Positions 50,282-60,807 of a stretch of DNA of 64,000 nucleotides are shown in pieces. The stretch covers positions 21,762,001 to 21,826,000 of the forward strand of contig NC_079170.1 in assembly GCF_947568905.1 (NCBI RefSeq), in the 5' to 3' direction. Positions within the stretch are counted from its first letter, which is position 1. Each line of letters starts with the position of its first letter. Under the pieces are notes generated by a model. It was not told the origin of the DNA. It worked only from the letters and a program-made list of their open reading frames with translations, and did not search any database. The position numbers and the translations under genes were made by a program. The stretch is from Ostrea edulis (taxonomy: Eukaryota).

Positions 50282-50820
50282 TTTCATACCGATTGTTAGG
50301 CCGTTCTTGGCTTACTGATTTTGACTACGGATAACTCTGTTTACCTGATCAAGATATAGTACTCACGGTGGGTGTGACCGGTCGACAGGGGATGCTTACT
50401 CCTCCTAGGCACCTGATCCCACCTCTGGTATATCCAAGGGTCTGTGTCTGCCCAACTCGCTATTTCGTATTGCTTATAGGAGTTATGAGATTTATCGCTG
50501 TTCGTTATCTTCACCTTTATAGGAGTTATGAGATTGATCACTGTTCGTTATCTTCACCATGATAGGCGCTATGAGATTGATCACTGTTCGTTATCTTCAC
50601 CTTTATAGGCGCTATGAGATTGATCACTGTTCGTTATCTTCACCATTATAGGAGTTATGAGATTTATCGCTGTTCGTTATCTTCACCATTATAGGAGTTA
50701 TGAGATTGAACACTGTTCGTTATCTTCACCTTGATAGGCGCTATGAGATTGATCACTGTTCGTTATCTTCACCTTGATAGGCGCTATGAGATTGATCACT
50801 GTTCGTTATCTTCACCTTTC
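50282..50820 (+). mobile_element. Penelope-like 3' fragment with its terminal 43 bp repeated 8 times
   Basis: The shared PLE 3' UTR; gagat recurs at 50487, 50530, 50573, 50616, 50659, 50702, 50745 and 50788. Confidence 0.9.
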
Positions 50821-51089
50821 ATGCTGTTTTCAAATAAACACGGGTACTGGTGAATGATGGTTGTCTGTAACTACAGCTCTTCTCATTTCATTTACTTCAT
50901 TTTCTTTTTTCGAAGTTTAAATTTCATTTTTTTTTTTTTTTAATTTTAGATCGGTAAACGTTTTTGAGTAGAATCGTTATCGTATATTGGATTTGAGTTA
51001 TTAATTTCATTTGGTTTATTCATAATTGATTCTGCACGACCAAGCTGATTGATAATCATTGTGTATACCACCTTTACCCTCCATCTTAT

Positions 51090-51820
51090 ATATCTACATA
51101 CAGACAAATTTGAATTTTTAAAAAATACAATTGTCTTTCCTCATTTTAACTACTGTTGTACTGTTTGGGGGCAATATGAAAAACGGACGGTCTACACAAA
51201 TTGTGCAAACTTCAAGAGCGAGCTACTAGAGTGATTTTGAAGACAAATTTTTATACACCTACAACAGAAATGTTGCAGCAACTTAGGTGGATACCTCTGT
51301 CAAACTATTTTGTATATAGAACTATCATTCTTGTCTTCAAAGTTTTACATGGTCTACCCCCCGATTATTTAGATATTTTTCAGTATATATATGTTCACGA
51401 AATCAGCAATAGATCTACCAGATTAAGTCAAAGTAATTCATTACATATCCAGAGGGCAGAGACGCACTATTTTGGAAGATCTTTTACAATTTACGGTTCA
51501 CAGTTATGGAGTAATATGCCAGAATTTTTAAAATATCACCCAACATTGAAAACTTTTAAATGCGCTTATCTTAGAAATTATTTTCATTCTGGAAATAAAA
51601 AAACATATACATGTAGATTTTTTTTTATTCATTCTCAGTTTTAAGTATGTAAAAAGCGTATGTACATGTAACATACCTTCATATAATATTTTATATTGTA
51701 TCTGTATAATACTGCTGTCTGTATATATGTTTTCATAACCGTAATGTAAACTAGCTTTTAAAAAAAAGAAAACTAATTGTGCTATCCTGTTTAAATAAAG
51801 GACATTATTATAATATAATT
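51090..51820 (+). mobile_element. CR1/L2-group LINE 3' end (RT C-terminus)
   Basis: PHFNYCCTVWG..KLQERATRVIL..MLQQLRWIPL..VFKVLHGLPPDYL..RSFTIYGSQLWSNMP..TFK, followed by AATAAA and an ATT-rich tail. Confidence 0.85.
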
Positions 51821-52029
51821 ATTTTTTAAAAAAAACCTTCAATTTCCTAGATCTTTTCAACTTTTTCATAAAGAGTTTCAAAATTTCATTCATTCAATTT
51901 ATAAAAGGAGAAATACTAGAATTCACCCCGAATCATTAGAGGGAGGGAGAAATACTAGTATGACTAGAATTTACAGTAACCACCCCGGATCATTGGAGGG
52001 GGGGGGGGGATACTACAGTTATGAAATTA

Positions 52030-55000
52030 CTTTTGTTTCGTGAAATCTGTGAGGATTTACTTTTGTTTTGTGGAATTTGTAAGGGTTTAACTTAGTTTGT
52101 AGATCTGTGAGGATGTTGTTTTGTTTTTATAGAACCTTAGTTTGTAGATCTGTGAGGATGTTGTTTTGTTTTTATAGAACCTTAGTTTGTAGATCTGTGA
52201 GGATGTTGTTTTGTTTTTATAGAACCTTAGTTTGTAGATCTGTGAGGATGTTGTTTTGTTTTTATAGAACCTTAGTTTGTAGATCTGTGAGGGTGTTGTT
52301 TTGTTTTTATAGAACCTTAGTTTGTAGATCTGTGAGGATGTTGTTTTGTTTTTATAGAACCTTAGTTTGTAGATCTGTGAGGGTGTTGTTTTGTTTTATA
52401 GAATCTGTAAGGGTTTAACTTAGTTTGTAGATCTGTGAGGATGTTGTTTTGTTTTATAGAATCTGTAAGGGTTTAACTTAGTTTGTAGATCTGTGAGGAT
52501 GTTGTTTTGTTTTATAGAATCTGTAAGAGTTTACCTTAGTGTGTAGATCTGTGAGGATGTTGTTTTGTTTTTATAGAACCTTACTTTGTAGATCTGTGAG
52601 GATGTTGTTTTGTTTTATAGAATCTGTAAGGGTTTAACTTAGTTTGTAGATCTGTGAGGATGTTGTTTTGTTTTATAGAATCTGTAAGGGTTTAACTTAG
52701 TTTGTAGATCTGTGAGGATGTTGTTTTGTTTTATAGAATCTGTAAGGGTTTAACTTAGTTTGTAGATCTGTGAGGATGTTGTTTTGTTTTATAGAATCTG
52801 TAAGGGTTTAACTTAGTTTGTAGATCTGTGAGGATGTTGTTTTGTTTTATAGAATCTGTAAGGGTTTAACTTAGTTTGTAGATCTGTGAGGATGTTGTTT
52901 TGTTTTTATAGAATCTGTAAGAGTTTACCTTAGTGTGTAGATCTGTGAGGATGTTGTTTTGTTTTTATAGAACCTTAGTTTGTAGATCTGTGAGGATGTT
53001 GTTTTGTTTTATAGAATCTGTAAGGGTTTACCTTTAGATCTGTGAGGATGTTGTTTTGTTTTTATAGAATCTGTAAGGGTTTACCTTAGTTTGTAGATCT
53101 GTGAGGATGTTGTTTTGTTTTATAGAATCTGTAAGGGTTTACCTTTAGATCTGTGAGGATGTTGTTTTGTTTTTATAGAATCTGTAAGGGTTTAACTTAG
53201 TTTGTAGATCTGTGAGGATGTTGTTTTGTTTTTATAGAACCTTAGTTTGTAGATCTGTGAGGATGTTGTTTTGTTTTTATAGAATCTGTAAGGGTTTAAC
53301 TTAGTGTGTAGATCTGTGAGGATGTTGTTTTGTTTTATAGAATCTGTAAGGGTTTAACTTAGTTTGTAGATCTGTGAAGATGTTGTTTTGTTTTTATAGA
53401 ATCTGTAAGGGTTTAACTTAGTTTGTAGATCTGTGAGGATGTTGTTTTGTTTTTATAGAATCTGTAAGGGTTTAACTTAGTTTGTAGATCTGTGAGGATG
53501 TTGTTTTGTTTTTATAGAATCTGTAAGGGTTTAACTTAGTTTGTAGATCTGTGAGGATGTTGGTTTGTTTTTATAGAATCTGTAAGGGTTTAACTTAGTT
53601 TGTAGATCTGTGAGGATGTTGTTTTGTTTTTATAGAACCTTAGTTTGTAGATCTGTGAAGATGTTGTTTTGTTTTTATAGAATCTGTAAGAGTTTACCTT
53701 AGTTTGTAGATCTGTGAGGATGTTGTTTTGTTTTTATAGAACCTTAGTTTGTAGATCTGTGAGGATGTTGTTTTGTTTTATAGAATCTGTAAGGGTTTAA
53801 CTTAGTTTGTAGATCTGTGAGGGTGTTGTTTTGTTTTATAGAATCTGTAAGGGTTTAACTTAGTTTGTAGATCTGTGAGGATGTTGTTTTGTTTTATAGA
53901 ATCTGTAAGGGTTTAACTTAGTTTGTAGATCTGTGAGGATGTTGTTTTGTTTTTATAGAACCTTAGTTTGTAGATCTGTGAGGATGTTGTTTTGTTTTTA
54001 TAGAACCTTAGTTTGTAGATCTGTGAGGATGTTGTTTTGTTTTTATAGAATCTGTAAGAGTTTACTTTAGTTTGTAGATCTGTGAGGATGTTGTTTTGTT
54101 TTATAGAATCTGTAAGGATTTACCTTAGTTTGTAGATCTGTGAAGATGTTGTTTTGTTTTATAGAATCTGTAAGAGTTTACCTTAGTTTGTAGATCTGTG
54201 AGGATGTTGTTTTGTTTTTATAGAATCTGTAAGGGTTTAACTTAGTTTGTAGATCTGTGAGGATGTTGTTTTGTTTTATAGAATCTGTAAGGGTTTAACT
54301 TAGTTTGTAGATCTGTGAGGATGTTGTTTTGTTTTTATAGAACCTTAGTTTGTAGATCTGTGAGGATGTTGTTTTGTTTTATAGAATCTGTAAGGGTTTA
54401 ACTTAGTTTGTAGATCTGTGAGGATGTTGTTTTGTTTTTATAGAACCTTAGTTTGTAGATCTGTGAAGATGTTGTTTTGTTTTTATAGAACCTTAGTTTG
54501 TAGATCTGTGAGGGTGTTGTTTTGTTTTATAGAATCTGTAAGGGTTTAACTTAGTTTGTAGATCTGTGAGGATGTTGTTTTGTTTTATAGAATCTGTAAG
54601 GGTTTATCTTAGTTTGTAGATCTATGAGGATGTTGTTTTGTTTTATAGAATCTGTAAGAGTTTACCTTAGTGTGTAGATCTGTGAGGATGTTGTTTTGTT
54701 TTTATAGAACCTTACTTTGTAGATCTGTGAGGATGTTGTTTTGTTTTATAGAATCTGTAAGGGTTTAACTTAGTTTGTAGATCTGTGAGGATGTTGTTTT
54801 GTTTTATAGAATCTGTAAGGGTTTAACTTAGTTTGTAGATCTGTGAGGATGTTGTTTTGTTTTATAGAATTTGTAAGGGTTTAACTTAGTTTGTAGATCT
54901 GTGAAGATGTTGTTTTGTTTTATAGAATCTGTAAGGGTTTAACTTAGTTTGTAGATCTGTGAGGATGTTGTTTTGTTTTATAGAATCTGTAAGGGTTTAA

Positions 55001-58000
55001 CTTAGTTTGTAGATCTGTGAGGATGTTGTTTTGTTTTTATAGAATCTGTAAGAGTTTACCTTAGTTTTTAGATCTGTGAGGATGTTGTTTTGTTTTTATA
55101 GAATCTGTAAGAGTTTACCTTAGTGTGTAGATCTGTGAGGATGTTGTTTTGTTTTTATAGAACCTTAGTTTGTAGATCTGTGAGGATGTTGTTTTGTTTT
55201 TATAGAACCTTAGTTTGTAGATCTGTGAGGGTGTTGTTTTGTTTTATAGAATCTGTAAGGGTTTAACTTAGTTTGTAGATCTGTGAGGATGTTGTTTTGT
55301 TTTATAGAATCTGTAAGGGTTTAACTTAGTTTGTAGATCTGTGAGGATGTTGTTTTGTTTTATAGAATCTGTAAGAGTTTACCTTAGTGTGTAGATCTGT
55401 GAGGATGTTGTTTTGTTTTTATAGAACCTTAGTTTGTAGATCTGTGAGGATGTTGTTTTGTTTTATAGAATCTGTAAGGGTTTAACTTAGTTTGTAGATC
55501 TGTGAGGATGTTGTTTTGTTTTATAGAATCTGTAAGGGTTTAACTTAGTTTGTAGATCTGTGAGGATGTTGTTTTGTTTTATAGAATCTGTAAGGGTTTA
55601 ACTTAGTTTGTAGATCTGTGAGGATGTTGTTTTGTTTTTATAGAATCTGTAAGAGTTTACCTTAGTGTGTAGATCTGTGAGGATGTTGTTTTGTTTTTAT
55701 AGAACCTTAGTTTGTAGATCTGTGAGGATGTTGTTTTGTTTTATAGAATCTGTAAGGGTTTACCTTTAGATCTGTGAGGATGTTGTTTTGTTTTTATAGA
55801 ATCTGTAAGGGTTTACCTTAGTTTGTAGATCTGTGAGGATGTTGTTTTGTTTTATAGAATCTGTAAGGGTTTACCTTTAGATCTGTGAGGATGTTGTTTT
55901 GTTTTTATAGAATCTGTAAGGGTTTACCTTTAGATCTGTGAAGATGTTGTTTTGTTTTTATAGAATCTGTAAGGGTTTAACTTAGTTTGTAGATCTGTGA
56001 GGATGTTGTTTTGTTTTTATAGAACCTTAGTTTGTAGATCTGTGAGGATGTTGTTTTGTTTTTATAGAATCTGTAAGGGTTTAACTTAGTGTGTAGATCT
56101 GTGAGGATGTTGTTTTATTTATAGAATCTGTAAGGGTTTAACTTAGTTTGTAGATCTGTGAAGATGTTGTTTTGTTTTTATAGAATCTGTAAGGGTTTAA
56201 CTTAGTTTGTAGATCTGTGAGGATGTTGTTTTGTTTTTATAGAATCTGTAAGGGTTTAACTTAGTTTGTAGATCTGTGAGGATGTTGTTTTGTTTTTATA
56301 GAATCTGTAAGGGTTTAACTTAGTTTGTAGATCTGTGAGGATGTTGGTTTGTTTTTATAGAATCTGTAAGGGTTTAACTTAGTTTGTAGATCTGTGAGGA
56401 TGTTGTTTTGTTTTTATAGAACCTTAGTTTGTAGATCTGTGAAGATGTTGTTTTGTTTTTATAGAATCTGTAAGAGTTTACCTTAGTTTGTAGATCTGTG
56501 AGGATGTTGTTTTGTTTTTATAGAACCTTAGTTTGTAGATCTGTGAGGATGTTGTTTTGTTTTATAGAATCTGTAAGGGTTTAACTTAGTTTGTAGATCT
56601 GTGAGGGTGTTGTTTTATTTTATAGAATCTGTAAGGGTTTAACTTAGTTTGTAGATCTGTGAGGATGTTGTTTTGTTTTATAGAATCTGTAAGGGTTTAA
56701 CTTAGTTTGTAGATCTGTGAGGATGTTGTTTTGTTTTTATAGAACCTTAGTTTGTAGATCTGTGAGGATGTTGTTTTGTTTTTATAGAACCTTAGTTTGT
56801 AGATCTGTGAGGATGTTGTTTTGTTTTTATAGAATCTGTAAGAGTTTACTTTAGTTTGTAGATCTGTGAGGATGTTGTTTTGTTTTATAGAATCTGTAAG
56901 GATTTACCTTAGTTTGTAGATCTGTGAAGATGTTGTTTTGTTTTATAGAATCTGTAAGAGTTTACCTTAGTTTGTAGATCTGTGAGGATGTTGTTTTGTT
57001 TTTATAGAATCTGTAAGGGTTTAACTTAGTTTGTAGATCTGTGAGGATGTTGTTTTGTTTTATAGAATCTGTAAGGGTTTAACTTAGTTTGTAGATCTGT
57101 GAGGATGTTGTTTTGTTTTTATAGAACCTTAGTTTGTAGATCTGTGAGGATGTTGTTTTGTTTTATAGAATCTGTAAGGGTTTAACTTAGTTTGTAGATC
57201 TGTGAGGATGTTGTTTTGTTTTTATAGAACCTTAGTTTGTAGATCTGTGAAGATGTTGTTTTGTTTTTATAGAACCTTAGTTTGTAGATCTGTGAAGATG
57301 TTGTTTTGTTTTTATAGAATCTGTAAGGGTTTAACTTAGTTTGTAGATCTGTGAGGATGTTGTTTTGTTTTTATAGAATCTGTAAGGGTTTAACTTAGTT
57401 TGTAGATCTGTGAGGATGTTGTTTTGTTTTTATAGAATCTGTAAGGGTTTAACTTAGTTTGTAGATCTGTGAGGATGTTGGTTTGTTTTTATAGAATCTG
57501 TAAGGGTTTAACTTAGTTTGTAGATCTGTGAGGATGTTGTTTTGTTTTTATAGAACCTTAGTTTGTAGATCTGTGAAGATGTTGTTTTGTTTTTATAGAA
57601 TCTGTAAGAGTTTACCTTAGTTTGTAGATCTGTGAGGATGTTGTTTTGTTTTTATAGAACCTTAGTTTGTAGATCTGTGAGGATGTTGTTTTGTTTTATA
57701 GAATCTGTAAGGGTTTAACTTAGTTTGTAGATCTGTGAGGGTGTTGTTTTATTTTATAGAATCTGTAAGGGTTTAACTTAGTTTGTAGATCTGTGAGGAT
57801 GTTGTTTTGTTTTATAGAATCTGTAAGGGTTTAACTTAGTTTGTAGATCTGTGAGGATGTTGTTTTGTTTTTATAGAACCTTAGTTTGTAGATCTGTGAG
57901 GATGTTGTTTTGTTTTTATAGAACCTTAGTTTGTAGATCTGTGAGGATGTTGTTTTGTTTTTATAGAATCTGTAAGAGTTTACTTTAGTTTGTAGATCTG

Positions 58001-59215
58001 TGAGGATGTTGTTTTGTTTTATAGAATCTGTAAGGATTTACCTTAGTTTGTAGATCTGTGAAGATGTTGTTTTGTTTTATAGAATCTGTAAGAGTTTACC
58101 TTAGTTTGTAGATCTGTGAGGATGTTGTTTTGTTTTTATAGAATCTGTAAGGGTTTAACTTAGTTTGTAGATCTGTGAGGATGTTGTTTTGTTTTATAGA
58201 ATCTGTAAGGGTTTAACTTAGTTTGTAGATCTGTGAGGATGTTGTTTTGTTTTTATAGAACCTTAGTTTGTAGATCTGTGAGGATGTTGTTTTGTTTTAT
58301 AGAATCTGTAAGGGTTTAACTTAGTTTGTAGATCTGTGAGGATGTTGTTTTGTTTTTATAGAACCTTAGTTTGTAGATCTGTGAAGATGTTGTTTTGTTT
58401 TTATAGAACCTTAGTTTGTAGATCTGTGAAGATGTTGTTTTGTTTTATAGAATCTGTAAGAGTTTACCTTAGTTTGTAGATCTGTGAGGATGTTGTTTTG
58501 TTTTTATAGAATCTGTAAGGGTTTAACTTAGTTTGTAGATCTGTGAGGATGTTGTTTTGTTTTATAGAATCTGTAAGGGTTTAACTTAGTTTGTAGATCT
58601 GTGAGGATGTTGTTTTGTTTTTATAGAACCTTAGTTTGTAGATCTGTGAGGATGTTGTTTTGTTTTTATAGAACCTTAGGTTGTAGATCTGTGAGGATGT
58701 TGTTTTGTTTTTATAGAACCTTAGTTTGTAGATCTGTGAGGATGTTGTTTTGTTTTTATAGAACCTTAGTTTGTAGATCTGTGAGGATGTTGTTTTGTTT
58801 TTATAGAATCTGTAAGAGTTTACTTTAGTTTGTAGATCTGTGAGGATGTTGTTTTGTTTTTATAGAATCTGTAAGAGTTTACCTTAGTTTGTAGATCTGT
58901 GAGGATGTTGTTTTGTTTTTATAGAATCTGTAAGGGTTTAACTTAGTTTGTAGATCTGTGAGGATGTTGTTTTGTTTTATAGAATCTGTAAGGATTTACC
59001 TTAGTTTGTAGATCTGTGAAGATGTTGTTTTGTTTTATAGAATCTGTAAGGATTTACCTTAGTTTGTAGATCTGTGAAGATGTTGTTTTGTTTTATAGAA
59101 TCTGTAAGGATTTACCTTAGTTTGTAGATCTGTGAGGATGTTGTTTTGTTTTGTTTTATGAAATTCGTAGGATTTACCTTTCCTTTGTAAAATCTGTGAT
59201 GATTTACCTATGATT
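52030..59215. repeat. 7-kb satellite of interspersed 45-bp and 58/59-bp units (BglII site in each) with higher-order blocks
   Basis: Units agatctgtgaggatgttgttttgtttttatagaaccttagtttgt and ...atagaatctgtaagggtttaacttagtttgt; rare variants recur at 2784-bp and 1134-bp spacing. Confidence 0.97.
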
Positions 59216-59497
59216 TGTTACGTAAGAAAATGTCAATACCGTGAAAAATCCTAAACATCGCTTTAATTGCATAATGTTTGAGAAAATCAATATATTATAC
59301 TCTGGAGCATGAAGTAAATGAAGAACACCAACTCATTATCACAAGTAACAGTTTTCTATTTCACTGTCCTTTCAAATATCTACTTCCTCTCTTGACATCT
59401 TTCATACAGAATACATCACATATAAATGATTCAAACACGATTCGCTAATAATGATGTCCTGGCGGGTAAGCCGGGTAAATGATTCAAACACGATTCG

Positions 59498-60520
59498 CTA
59501 ATAATGATGTCCTGGCGGGTAAGCCGGGTTTCCACCTGCATACATGGGCTGGTTGGGTTGCGGAGCAAATCCATAGTTTGGCTGTGGATAATGTTGAGGA
59601 GGAGGCGGAGGAGCTGGAAAAGAGACGTTAATCCAGAATTAAAATTAAAACCCGCCGAGTATTCATTAATACGAGAGATATATATGAATATAGTATACTG
59701 ATACCAAATTGTTCAACACAGAGCTCTGCTCATTATCATTATGGTTCTGTGTGGTATCAACCACTTTTACGATGTATCCCAAAATCAGCACTAATCAATT
59801 ATGATTTGATACTGTTTGTAACGTGCAGTCTTATTGGTCGAGCAACATACTGTATTTTTCATAACACAACTTGTTGTACGTAAAGCAATGTGATGTCATT
59901 ACAGCTTTACGTTTTAGTTCAAATGGATCTTCAGCCTAAAAGCGTATTTAAAATCAAATGATAAAATGAAACAAAGCAAAAAATGTTATTAGATCATACG
60001 ATATCTTGGTGCATATTACACATTATATAATGCGTACCAAGCCGTGTTATAACCCAACACCAAAGTTTGCTTATTTGGAGTATTTTCATAGCTGTGTTTA
60101 CTGACCGTGACTAACAGTATTGACGCTTGTGACGTTGACCGAGGTTCCGGTGTTACCACTAATCGCTACCACCCTTGATCTGTTGTATTTGGCTCTGATG
60201 ATGCAGGCTACCACACCAATGATTATCAGGAGGGAGATGACCCCGCCTATTATTCCTGACAGTGAACCACTGAAGACGAATACAGAAAAAAAAAAGACTT
60301 GTAGGAATGTTTCTGTTCAATACGTGAAAAAGCAGGAAACCATCAATGTATCTATTTATCTGTCTGTATAATCTGTTTCACTCATATTCCTTTTATTACG
60401 CGAATACCAAATTTGGTGTAATCGCTTGCATATCCTAGATACTAGTACATCGCTTTATATACGGATATAAATTAGTGAAAGATAGAAGCGAAACAATTGA
60501 TTACCGCCCATATACTTACG

Positions 60521-60577
<57 letters not shown>

Positions 60578-60678
60578 TAGCGATACTTACTTGTCCACTG
60601 TGTAGGTGTAGTAACAATAGTAATTCTGGTAGTAGTACCTATAGTAACAGTAGGCCTCTCCATCAACGAATCGAAAAC
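59498..60678 (-). CDS. CYYR1/Shisa-like paralog C, exons 2-4 (exon 1 not located)
   Basis: Exons 60678-60591 (FRFVDGEAYCYYRYYYQNYYCYYTYTVD), 60269-60106 (TM GIIGGVISLLIIIGVVACII-RAK) and 59613-59498 (PPPPPQHYPQPNYGF..PAYPPGHHY*); GT-AG, phases 1/2/1 as in paralog A. Confidence 0.8.
60513..60574. repeat. (TC)n microsatellite in intron 2 of paralog C
   Basis: Direct reading. Confidence 0.95.
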
Positions 60679-60807
60679 CTGGAATCAAAAGTTACGTCAT
60701 ATAGCTATATTTTGTCAACGATACAGACTTCTCCGGATCAGAACACTACATAACAGAAAACGTGTCCACGTGCTCATTCGAGATACCCCCCCCCCCCCCC
60801 CAAAAAA

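Noticed and set aside
52107-58828. RMLFCFYRTLVCRSV repeat ORFs
   Set aside because: The 45-bp satellite unit is in frame by chance.
10255-59215. Regular repeat arrays as CRISPR candidates
   Set aside because: All are head-to-tail repeats with no unique spacers, there are no cas genes, and the context is eukaryotic.
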